From Marsupella aquatica (taxonomy: Eukaryota > Plantae > Marchantiophyta), in contig OZ316897.1 in NCBI GenBank assembly GCA_973895155.1, positions 4,665,876 through 4,729,875 on the forward strand: a DNA stretch of 64,000 nucleotides. The letters are read 5' to 3'. Shown piece by piece: positions 1-12,100 of the stretch (the stretch's first letter is position 1; each line of letters begins with the position of its first letter). A model generated the notes under the pieces. The model ran no database searches. It saw only the letters and a program-made list of their open reading frames with translations, and was not told the DNA's origin. The position numbers and the translations under genes are program-made.

Positions 1-1391
1 CCCGAAAGTAAGGAGGAAAAACCCATGAAAGCGGGATGGGAGAGACAGAGCGTTTTTTCAAGAGGCGAAAATTTGCCAAACTTTGCCAAAATTCAACCTC
101 ACTGGAAAGTATTTGCCAGAAAATTAGCCAAATCTTCTGACGTCAATAATTAGCCATTTTCCCAGGTAACCACTGCCATAATCTGTGGGTTGTCCTTAAA
201 TGTAATGAAAGTTAAGGGCCAGAACTTAATCTAAATAAAATAGATGTTGAATATTTTTAGCATCTTTGCCTTCACACAAGGTTAAAAGAGCCATCCCTTG
301 GCAGAAATGGAAAACCCTGAAATACCCTAACCGTGATTCATGGGAGATTCTCTATTTTACACCCAGTTGTCAGATTATACTCTGAGGCTTTGTAAGTTCA
401 AAGGGCTGAATTATAGCATTTTTCTTGCAATCTTCCGCCATCTTTTTGCACTTATCAAGAATTTGTATTTATTGGTCTGTTTTACTCGTATATGGCACTA
501 ATAATGTATGAAGGGAGTTCCAATTTAGACCCAACTCGCCAAGTATTCCAGGTGACCCAGACCTGACCTCCAGAGGGAAGGATCAAGGGGCCCCTTTGTA
601 CCACGACTTGTGGTTTAAGTGTTACTGTTTTTGTTACACAAAAATTCTTGCACTTATGGCTGGATTTTACTTATCAAGGTTGCACTCACTCTAAAATGTG
701 ATGTGCTCTCCAAAATGTACTAAAAGAAAATTGCTTCATAACTGGACCTCAAAAATGCAATTATTGTAGAGTTTTAAATGGCTAATCTCAAGTGTGAGCT
801 CACATGGAGAGTCAAGATTCCAGGCAATTTAACAGGATGCAGTTAGACATTAACTTAGTAGTCAAGGTATTCCAAATTGATGATCCATAACTTTCTGCCA
901 TATTTATTGGTCATATGACCAGAAATCAAGCTACAGGCTAGTGACCAAAAAAAATTTTTGCATAACCCTGTGAAAAATCATAGCTATCATAGTAACTGTG
1001 AAGTTGCGAGTCCCCCCTAACGTTTACGAGTTACACAGCCGCTGTCCATTTCCAAAACCTGGTGGATCCTTGTACCAGAATTAGTCAATCATGCTATGAA
1101 GTCGACTGTTGATGAGATGACAGTCCAACAACCCCATGTTTCTGGGTTAAACCGCTCCTGTCCATTTCCCAAACCCCATGGATCCAGGTCACCAGAATTA
1201 GTCAATAATGTGCTTAATAAAGCATAAAGTGAGCCAAAAAGTTAGCAAAAAGTGATTATTTTGTCAACCACATCTTCCGGGACAGTGACGGTTTAAAGGG
1301 GGTGAGTCACACTATTTTCTAGCATCTCCTTTTAGGGTACACTCCAATCCTGTAAACAACTTCGTCCAGTCTCTTATTTATTAGAAGACCC

Positions 1392-1468
1392 AGATAGACA
1401 GATTAGATGTTCATTATTAGACTAGACTAGTCTAGACTAGATAGATTGATAGATCGATAGATTAGATA
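1392..1468. repeat. Degenerate (TAGA/TAGAC)n microsatellite
   Basis: agatagacagattagat...tagactagactag...atagattgatagatcgatagattagat. Confidence 0.8.
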
Positions 1469-2537
1469 TCCAGTGTAGTCAAATCTTTATCTGGAGGACG
1501 GCCGCGCTGGCGTCAGTTGCCGAAATTGCTGTCACCGCAAAAACAACGCTGATTTGCTTTTCCAGCGCTTTGAAGCATGTCATCAGCTATTCTGGTGTCT
1601 GGTCACATCCTCCGCGATTTGAGCAGCCGGACGAGCTTACCGCACGTGCCGCGAGATCCCACTACAACGACAGACGGGCCGATGAATTGACGAGCGCAGA
1701 GTGATGTCGCGAGATAAGAGAGGAGGGGAGAGGAGAGGAGGAGAGGCAGCACCATCAGATCAGAGCAGCAGCAGCACCGGTCCAGTTCAGCGTCGTCACC
1801 GTGACACAGCGACCACGTTCTCCGCCCGTCAGGACGACTCGACCAACATCCTCTCAACCGAAGATATTTTAGTGAGGACAAGAGAAGCGACAAACGAGCG
1901 GGATATCATCGTGTACAGTGAGTGATTGGCGAGCCAGCCAGTCTTCTTGGAAATTAGGTCTTCCACGAACTTGGAATGTGATACGACCGGACTTCCTTTT
2001 CGCTCGTCAATCACTCACACTCAATTGCCCCCTCCCCGCATTGGCGGCCCTCATCCATCTGTGTCCTGTAGTCATCTCGCTCCCCTCGCTAGCTTGCTAG
2101 GTACGAGTTCGGCCCACACTAGACGAGAAACAAAGTTACGAAGCAAAAACCTTCACCAAAGTACTGTAGCTGACGACTGCATGCTAATGATCTGACCTCT
2201 CCTCCACGGATGCGCTCTCTTTGGTGTTTACAAATTGATTGAGTTACTTGGCAAATCAGGGTGGGAAGAGCACTCACCAGCCCTGCCTGAACTCTAGATA
2301 TGTAGAGTATACCCTATATCATAGCCTAGTCTTAACTTGCTTCGCCATCGTTGATCGTGAGAACTTATTTTGACTTGCTTCCAGACTTATTGACTGAGTC
2401 TATTTATTTCCCTTTTGGCCTTTACTTGGCTAAACCATATGGCCAGGTCTTCTTTCAATGGAAAACACACTCTGGGGGCATTTCTTCTGCGGTAAAGTTT
2501 TTCAGGCTGTGGTGTCTAGAATTTTCATTTTCATCAG

Positions 2538-2990
2538 ATGTTCCCGAACTTCCTCCATGTTATTCCAGCCCAGCATTTCTGGAGCCTCCAATTTTTGCTC
2601 CAGGCACCAATTTTGTGCAAACCTAATGACCACTGTGGTAGCAGCCCATGTGCAGATGGAGGTAAGGAATTGGTTAGGTTTCAGTGGATGCAAATAAACT
2701 GGGGTTGCAGTACTCCTGGCCCGGTCCTTGAGTTTGTGTCTTTTCCTTCATTTTCCTCTTGAACTGTAGATCTTAATTCTGGACAAGCATGCCTATTAGT
2801 TTCCACCATTAAATGCTGCTCATTTTAGAGTTGTGTACAGTTGGCACAAAAGGTGAAGACATGATGGTGTATTGCCTTCACATTTCCAAATGCAACCTAT
2901 GGTGCATGGTCCACACAAATGCAAAGTTTGCTCAACATTAGTTGTCCCAACAAGCATTAGCTAAAGAGGTGCAGTCTTCATTGCGACAAG
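2538..2990 (+). pseudogene. Two exon-like segments (2538-2661 and about 2829-2989) encoding a Cys/His-rich, PHD-like remnant
   Basis: AG/GT-bounded segments join in phase to give CKPNDHCGSSPCADGELCTVGTKGEDMMVYCLHISKCNLWCMVHT, followed by a stop. Confidence 0.35.
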
Positions 2991-3002
2991 TGAGCTTTCA
3001 AG

Positions 3003-3102
3003 TTCAAGCTTCTTAAGTGGACCGGTTTGTGCACGAAAGACCTTACACTAAGGAAAAGTCCGCAAAAGACCTTACACAAACCGGTCCACTTATGAAGCTG
3101 AA
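3003..3102. repeat. Near-perfect ~28-bp inverted repeat (foldback) with an internal direct repeat
   Basis: ttcaagcttcttaagtggaccggtttgtg ... cacaaaccggtccacttatgaagctgaa; aaagaccttacac occurs twice between the arms. Confidence 0.85.
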
Positions 3103-4424
3103 TAGGATATTACATGCTCAGGGGATGCAAATAAGCACTGGAGTTTAGGATTTAGGGTTTTAGGATCCATTTGGGTAACATCCATTTCATTTCATTTCAC
3201 TTCTTGTTTTTGTCTTTCAACCAGGATCTTTATGATCAGATAGACCACCTGCCACCTTCTAGCCTAGATGGACCACATCACCATAGACCTGAAAATTGGT
3301 AGATTGATTTACAAAGGGAAATTAAATACTATTTGAACGCAAAAGGGTTGTTTTGCAGTCTATCCAGGTATGCCACCCATTTATTTTCCAAATTTTATTT
3401 TTGTCTTTGCACCAAGACCTTGGTGCTCAGATGGACCACCCCCCTGAACCTTGCAACCCCAGGCTTGTATTCTGGATGGACCAGATCACTTTGACCCCCA
3501 AAACTGTGGATTGATTTATAAAAGGAAACTGTATACAGTTTATGGTTCATTGTATTGCCCCTCCCTAATCTCAAGCAAAGCGTAAGGGCTTCAACCATCC
3601 CGGCAACCATCAACCCCCTTGGCCATGGTCAATCCCCTCCCAATACCCCCGCCAATACCTTTAAAGTACTCAGACTATGTACACCATCATACAAATCTAG
3701 CCCTGGCAAGTAAGGTGCTTCGGAACAACAGCCCTCACAGCAGCCACGTCCTTCCTCTCAACTGTCATATTGATGTCAAGGTTAAGAGTTTTGGGGGATC
3801 TCAATTGTTGCCCAGGGCTTCAGCACCTCTTGAATCTTGCTGAGCAAAGTCTGGAGTTGTCTGGTCTTTTTTGTGGACTTAGCCAACTACTATATATATC
3901 TCACGTGGGTCTCACATTGTCTAAGAATAACACATCCCAAATAAATGTCCTAGAAATTGCAAGTAAGTTGTAGCGTTCCTTTCCAGTTTGTATTTTACAG
4001 TTCAGAAATGAGAACCTTGGAGGGAGTGCACAACCTAAGTATGTCTCAGGAGTTGTCCCAACTCCTGCCATCAAGCCTGGACTAAGCAGCAGCTATTGAA
4101 AAGGTGGCCTATGTTCAGAGTCAGCCCGTTAGTGACCCCTCACTGGCTGGCTCTCCCATTATTTTGTGAAGAACCTGTGATTCAGAAGTCTCCAAATGAA
4201 TAATTGAACTTTAGGCAGGGCCCACCCACCCCACAACTTCTTCCAACACTACTGCCAGGATATCGTTGTGCCCATGCCAGCACTACTGCCAGGACGTTGT
4301 TGTGCCCATGTTGCCCCACCTTTGGTTCAATTGAGTGATGTTGTATGGGTTAGAAGAAACCCAACTCACTCACACTCTATTGAAAAACTTCCACCCTTCA
4401 TTCTTCCCACTCCAATTTAGTCCC

Positions 4425-7400
4425 ATTTCCTACCAGTACTTTGTATTAGGTCCCTCTTGGCAATTTATTCCCACTGGATCAATTTTGAGTGGAAGTCCCT
4501 GAATCTAAGAAAAACAACTGTAGATCTATTCAATCTATTCCAAGTCCCCAAAATTTGTGAAAGCTCACCTGACTATTTTATCTATTCCAAGTCCTAGAAT
4601 TTGTGAAAACCCACCTATCTATTCTATCTACTCCAAGTTCCAAAATTTGTGAAATCCCGCCTGTCTATTCAAAATATCCCTTTGACTTAGTTCCTCTGCT
4701 GGGAGCCACATACTGCTAGTCCCAAGTTTTGAAATCAGATAGTGACTTTGTCCCACGGTCTGCCAAATACCTTCTTAGGTTTTGCTTCTCTGGTCAGGTA
4801 TTAGATTTTTCCTTAAATCATAGAGAAAAACTATCTTGCAATTACCAGGATTGAACAAAGGAAAACTTCAAGGATATATTCTAGGAAATTCCAGTTTGGG
4901 TTGTCAACTTCCAACTCTACTTCCATCAACTTATGAAAACTGGTTTTTGATATGCAATTTGATATTAATTTGTGATCAATGCATCCGGTCAGAAACACCT
5001 ACAAATTTTGGTGCGTGCCAAATACCATTGGGCACTAAAGTTGACCACTTGTGTCAAAACAAAAGTGATCTATGGGAGAATTTTTCCCACACGTACCAGT
5101 CTCATTTCCAACCAGTACTTTGTACTAGGTTCCATGCTCTCGGCAATTTCTTCCCATTGATCAGTTTTGAGTGGAAGTCCCAAAATTTGAAATACAATTG
5201 AAAATACAACTGTCTATTTTATCTATTCCAAGTCCCAAAAGTTCTAAAAACCCACCTGTCTATTTGATCTATTCCAAGTCCTAGACTTTGCAAAAACCCA
5301 CCTGTCTATTTGATATATTCCAAGTCCCAGAATTTGTGAAACCCCGCCTGTCTATTCTATCTACTCCAAGTCCCAGACTTTGCAAAAACCCACTTGTCTC
5401 TTCACACTACTCCAAACTCCATAATTTGTGAAAACCACACCTGTCTATTCGATCTAACCCTTTGACTTAGTTCCTCTTCTGGGATCTATGTACTGCTGGT
5501 CCAAGGTTTGAAATCAGAGAGTGACTTTGTCTCCCAGTTTGCCAAACACCTTCTAAGGTCCTTCTTGTGAGCTGGTAAGTTATCAGATTGTCCAGGCTTT
5601 CATAGGGAAGGAATGTCCTGCAATCACCAGGACTGAACAAAGGAAAAACTGCACAAGATATGTTGACTAGAAAATCCCAGTGGGGCTTGTCAACTTCCAA
5701 CTCTACTTCCATAAACTTTTCAAAAAAATGGTTTTGGATGTGCAATTTGAGATTGATCTGTGATCAATGCATCTGGTCCAAAACATAACAAACTTTTGTG
5801 TCTGCCAAATACCATTGGGCACTTTAAAATTTGTGAAAAACCAACTGTCTATTCAATCTATTCCAAGTCCCACAGGTTCTGAGAACCCACCTGTCTATTT
5901 GATATATTCCAAGCCCCAGAATTTGTGAAAAATGCACTTGTCTATTCAATATGTCCCTCTGACTTATATCCTCTACTGGGATCCATGTACTGCTGGTCCA
6001 AGGTTTTGAAATCAGAGAGTGACTTTGTCCCCAGTTTGTCAATCACCTTCTAAGGTCCTGCTTTTGAGCTGGTCAGTCATCAGATTGTTCCTTTCATAGA
6101 GAAGTACTGTCCTGCAATTACCAGGATTGAGCAAAGGAAAGACTGCACAGGAGATGTTGAGTTGGGTCTGTCAACTTCCAACTCTACTTCCATCAACTTT
6201 TCAAAAAATGGTTTGGATGTGCAATTTTGAGACTGGCCAGAAACATAACAAACTTAGTTTTGTGTCTGCCAAATACCATTGGGCACTTAAAGTTGACCAA
6301 TTGTATCAAGATTAAAAGTGATCTATGGGACTCATATTCCCACAGACTTGACTCCAGTATAGTTTTCAACCAGTACTTTGTAATAGGCCCTTCTTGGCTA
6401 TTTCTTCCCATTGGATCACATTCAAGTGGAAGTCCCAGAATTTCTGAAAATCCAACTATCTATTCAATCTATTCCCAGTCCCACAAGTTCTGAGAACCCA
6501 CCTGTCTATTTGATCTATTCCAAATCCCAGACTTTGAAAAACCCTGGCACCTGTCTATTCAATCTATTCCAAGCCCCAGAATTTGTGAAAAATGCACGTG
6601 TCTATTCAATCTATTCCAAGCCCCAGAATTTGTGAAAATTGCACCTGTCTATTCAATCTGTCCCTCTGACTTAGTTCCTCTGCTAGGACCACGTACTGCT
6701 GGTCCAAGGTTTGAAATCAGAGAGTGACTTTGTCCCCAGTTTGCCAAACACTTTCTAAGGTCCTGCTTTTGAGCTGGTCAATTATAAGATTGTTCCTTTC
6801 ATAGGGAAGGACTGTCCTGCAATCACCAGGACTGAACAAAGGAAAGATTGCACAGGATATGTTGACTAGAAAATCCCAGTTGGGCCTGTCAACTTCTAAT
6901 TCTACTTCCATAAACTTTTCAAAAAAATGGTTTTGGATGTGCAATTTGAGATTGATCTGTGATCAATGCATCTGGTCAAAAACATAACAAACTTGTGTAT
7001 CTGCCAAATACCATTGGGCACTTAAAGTTGACCAATATATTGTGTCAAGATCAAAAGTGATCTATGGGACTAATATTCCCACACACTTGACTCCAGTATC
7101 ATTTTCAGCCAGTACTTTGTAATAGGCCCTTCTTGGCAATTTCTTCCCATTGGATCAGATTCAAGTGGAAGTCCTAGATCTTGTGAAAATCCAACTATCT
7201 ATTCAATCTATTCCCAGTCCCACAAGTTCTGAGAACCCACCTGTCTATTTGATATGTCCCTCTGACTTAGATCCGCTGCTGGGATCCACGTACTGCTGGT
7301 CCGAGGTTTTGAAATCAGAGAGTGACTTTGTCCCCCTGTCTGCCAAACACCTTCTAAGGTCCTGCTTTTGAGTCAGTTATCAGATTGTTCCTTTCATAGA

Positions 7401-7680
7401 GAAGGACTGTCCTGCAATTACCAAGATTGAACAAAGGAAAGACTGCACAGGATATGTTGACTAAAAAATCCCAGTTTGGGGTGTCAAGTTCCAACTCTAC
7501 GTCCATCACCTTTTGAGAAAATGGCTTTGGATGTGCAATTTTGAGATTGATCTGTGATCAAAGCATCTGGTCAAAAACATAACAGATTTTGATGTTTGCC
7601 AATTAAATACCATTGGGCACTAAAGTTGGTCAGTTGTGTTAAGATAAAAGTGATCTACAGGAGAATATTTTCACCCAAAG
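4425..7680. repeat. Hierarchical tandem array: about 5 diverged units of ~500-780 bp, each carrying a variable number of 46-bp minisatellite copies
   Basis: Marker aaataccattgggcac recurs near 5020, 5807, 6271, 7007 and 7606. Marker ccc(t/tt)tgactta recurs near 4678, 5458, 5955, 6662 and 7258. The subunit cccacctgtctatttgatctattccaagtcccagaatttgtgaaaa recurs with period 46 (5251, 5297, 5343, 5389). Confidence 0.95.
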
Positions 7681-9284
7681 GATTTGTTGATGGATTGGTT
7701 GGACACTTGGCATCAACCTTGGGCTCTCACTTTAACTAATTCCAGGAGGAAATGTAACATGTCATGGTACTTTTCATTCATTATGAAATAATTTTATAAG
7801 GCTATAACATCTAGCACCCTTTTAATGAGGTAACAAGGTGGGTCTGAAAACCTTGCCATATAATTATTGTACTTAAGGGGATTAATAATGATCGTGACAA
7901 GCATCACCATGTCAGTGTTCCACATGTCCAATTCTCATTGGTACACATGTCATGCTATTGTATTAAAAGATTCATATTCGTCTATCCTAAGGATAATGCT
8001 TTGAAGTATTTACAACAGTAGCATTCTTTATTTCCTTTGTTCAAGAGAAATCCGTGAGTACTAATATTGGGTAGCTTGAGTGGCATTGTTCTCTTTACCA
8101 AAGAGGTATAATGCAAAACAAAATCTGCATGCATGCAGCATTTGCAACATATATGCCATAGTTAGTCTGACCATACTCAGGTACTTGATCAATGTTAGAT
8201 GTGTTACTTTGGATATGCACATCCAAGCATGAGTTAGCTTAGCTTATGAGTTAGCTTAGCTTGTGAGTGGAACTTAGGCTCATTGTTACATAGGCATCTT
8301 AAAGATAGGGAGAATTTCTATTGTAGAGATTTGGTTTGGCCAACGGCCCTAGAGTGCAATAAAACTCTTTTGTTTAATCCCGTGGACATGGCCTGTGGAA
8401 AGGTGAACCCCGTATCTCTTGAGTTGACTATGTGCTCATTAGACATACATTTCACATGTGCATGTTGTCTATGAGCGATCCATTCCTAAACAATTGGTTA
8501 GAAGTACCAAAAAGTTATCTTGTGTGTTCCCGTGTACGTAGCCTTTGGAGAGGTGAGCCACATGTCTCTTGTGTTGATTACTTCTCATTGGATGTTTCAC
8601 ATCTGCATGTTGTCTATGATCAATTTGTCGCTCAACAATTGTGGCATTGGTGCTCCATTGGATGTCACAACTAATCCTAACCAAAGACCCTAGTGCGAAT
8701 CTGACAAAGTATCATTGACTTGTAATTTCCTAGAAAATCAAGATATGATTGATGCCCATATATATTGCCTCAAACAGTGTGGTCAGTTTAACTTGGGAAT
8801 CCCATGAGGTGAGTGTGAGTTAGATGAGTATTAGTTAACTCAGGTACCCCCAAATGATGTTGCCTTACTTGGTCATGAGGTAATACACAATCCTAATGTT
8901 TTGAGAGAATGATGCAATATCAAAATTGAACATGCAGCTATTGAACATAAGTAAAATTTGAAACAACAAAATGAATATGCCTTTTCCAGCCAGGTGGTGG
9001 TTGGACAGTGTACAAAAATGTTTGCAAGGTGGGCCCACAGATGGTGCCCAATGCATTCCAAAGATCGTCGTGGCAAAGACCATTGGGGCACATAGCACAG
9101 GCTGATCAAATGCTGCCAAAACAAACCTTGAGGTTATCAATCAAAAGCATTGGGGCAGGAATGGATCAAGGTCAACCATCTACGAAAAGACATGTCATGA
9201 GTCCAATAATTAATTTTGTAGATGGGAGGAAATTTCCCAACCTCCCTGTTTGAGGGATTTCTAGAGCTAGTGACACTATAATCA

Positions 9285-9538
9285 TAGTGTCCTCACCTCG
9301 TTTCTTCCAACCCATTGCGCCCAAAGAAGTTAGGGTTTTTTAATTCAATTGGATGGAGGACTTAAGAAAATTTGTTTGAAGAAAAAAATAGGGGTGTTTT
9401 AATACCAAATTTGGGAATATTCCATAGAGAAAGGGGTTAAAACTAGCAAAATTTTACTTTATTTTCTTGAGTTTTAGGGTGTTTATTAACTGAAAAGTTT
9501 GTGCATGATATAAGACTTTTCTTGGAGTGAGGCCTCTA
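9285..9538 (-). mobile_element. MITE family A copy (inverted, diverged)
   Basis: Ends tagtgtcctcac ... ggagtgaggcctcta are the reverse complement of the family A ends, with similar internal sequence. Confidence 0.55.
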
Positions 9539-11904
9539 AGGCTATAATGCCAGGGAATTTCTGATTGTCATCAGTACAATAATCTCTAGTAGTGATGTTG
9601 TGCTTGCTATTGTTCTTCGCATAATTCTTCATCCTCCCAGGCATGTTGCTCACAATCATGCATAACAACACAAAATCATATCTAGGCGCTTTCGTTTAGT
9701 GCAGACGTCAACCAGAGTGTATAGATCTAGACTTAAACATCAGTAGTAATACAATTTTTTAGATGGTGTGATGGTTTCTATAGGTTGCCCAAACATGAAT
9801 GCCAACAGGTTTGCATGTACATTGTTCGCTCAAATTGACAAGTGCCAAATGCTTAGAAACTTTTCCTTAAGATTTAGCAAAGTACCCCAAAAACCTCAGG
9901 TCCTTCTAAGACGGCACAATTTAGAAAAGGAATGGAAGAGCAAGGTTGGATGTGATCATCTAACTCTAGCAAGATCAGTGCCATTTCTGCCCTTATTTCC
10001 AGATGGGTTGACAAAGTCTTTTAGACCTAGAAGATGTCCAAGAAGACATTAAAGCTCAGGTCACACTCTCATTTTAGCAAGATATTCAAGCTTACCTCCT
10101 ACCAATTACCAAATTTGATGCTGCAGCCCAAATTTATTATCCAGAGATTGCAAGGGAGTCCTTGCAACAAAACTACTCAAACCTTAGGGACTCATCAATC
10201 CTATGGCCAAAGGTTTGAGAAGCTTGTTCTGTCTCAGATGTTAGGATTAACAAGCTTTACAAGTAAGAAAATATCTCTCACTTTGGATACTGTGACCCTG
10301 TCCTCCTTTGTTTCTTCCTGTGTTTCCTTTTGCCCTATTTTGATATCTTTCCATGTGCCTTCACGGGCCTGCTAGGTCCTCTTGTCTCCCATTATTCACA
10401 TGGAATTTAAGTGGAAATTTTAAAACCTACAAATAAAATAACTAAGAAGAAAAAATGCCAATCCAGCCTGTTTGGAGGTTACTGATCATTTTAGTAATAA
10501 TCATCATAGTATAAAAGTTACTTATCTCTAGAAGGAAGAGTGGGAAGGAAGAGTGGGTGGCACTTTCTGTTGTCACTCTTGTGACAAGAATACCAGGAAT
10601 AAACCATTTAGGGTTTGAGCAGTGACTTTGCATTTCTGGTTCCCGGTTACAAAGATTGATAATAAGCCAATCATCACTGTAGAAAGTTACAATAGTAAGT
10701 TGTTTGTAACTTCATAAATAAAACTCCAAAGCAATTTTCTTGGGACTCATTTTGAAGCCATCAATGAGCCCAATTTAAATAATGGTGTTATGTTGTCAGC
10801 CTGTTTATCAGTGCCATCTCCACATAAAAGGCTATAATACAGATTGATAACAGTTTGTGCTCAAAACTAGTAGCTAAAGATCCAAACCAGGGGGCGACCA
10901 GGATAGAAAGGGGTACCCAAAGTCACATAAAGTTATTGTTCCAATGACAACGATTGACTAATATATGACTAATAATGGTTGTACCTTTTGCAATAAACAT
11001 CCAAAGCTAATCATATTTGTACCCATTTTGAAGCCATAAATGAGCCCCATTGAACGCCTATCTTGTCATGTAAACATGATGCCCATATAAAATGTTATTG
11101 GTGGAATGAATGTTGCACTAAAATATTTCAGCAAGAGGATCCAAACCCAGATTCAGGACTAGGAGTGAAAGCAGGGGGGATCCAATTAGATGGTGGACCC
11201 CCCACTTGTGTGTGCCATAATACTTGTCCTATTAATCTAGTCCTATTTTTTATTATTTAATTTTAAAAACATTGCATACACTGCAATGTCAGTGTTTACA
11301 TCAAAATGCTCAGAACTTGTTAGCCAGGATTTAGTAGTAATATAAATTTATTTATGATCAGAACTTGTTAGCCAGGATGACATCACAATAGTGATTCTTG
11401 TGCTAATACTGCCAAAATCATTCCCTTCTCCAGCTCCTTGTAAAATGCCGCAAAGGAAAATAAAGTGAACAAATTTTAATACATAATGCCCTAAACCCTA
11501 AATATTTTCCCTTTAGACCTTTGAGGCATTGGTCAATTCAAATAACTATCTCACAAAATACGGGAAAAAATCACTCAATGTCCGGATTAGGGAAACACCC
11601 AATCATTCTTATTTTGAGGATTGGGAGGGTGGGACAACGCTTCAAAAATACCAACTTGGTGCTGAAAGGAGTAGAATAAACATCTATTCCAAAACCTTAC
11701 AATATTGTGACACATGAGTGGCTAACCCTAAACTAATGCTCAACAAAAATGAAAAACTAATGGGTGGTACGGTAAAGCTCAACAATAGCTCAACTAAACG
11801 GAAACTTGCAACCTCAAATCTGTTCCCCCTCCTTGCCCATCCTAGTCTTCAAATGACTTTTTTTCTTTCTTTTGTCCCCAATTTTTTCTTTCAACTTTTA
11901 AATA

Positions 11905-12100
11905 CATTGCCACTAAAGATGTTTGAATTCACAATACTGTCACTATTTCTTTTTGTATTTACAAAAATTACACGGTTTTTGTATATAGTTCCCCTTGTTA
12001 CCTTGGAAAACTTCTCATCTGTATAAGAAACCCTGACATTTTTATAAATACAGAAAAAATAGTGGCAGTATTGTGAAGTAGAACATCTTTAGTGGCAAAG
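11905..12100. mobile_element. 196-bp Tc1/mariner-type (Stowaway-like) MITE, family B
   Basis: ~45-bp imperfect TIRs (cattgccactaaagatgtt...cacaatactg / cagtattgtg...aacatctttagtggcaaag) with TA on both sides. Confidence 0.85.

Noticed and set aside
4500-7260. CRISPR-like appearance of the 46-bp repeats
   Set aside because: Units are contiguous tandem copies without unique spacers, there are no cas genes, and the context is eukaryotic.
11488-11502. Telomere-like ccctaaaccctaaa
   Set aside because: Only two units; compatible with chance.
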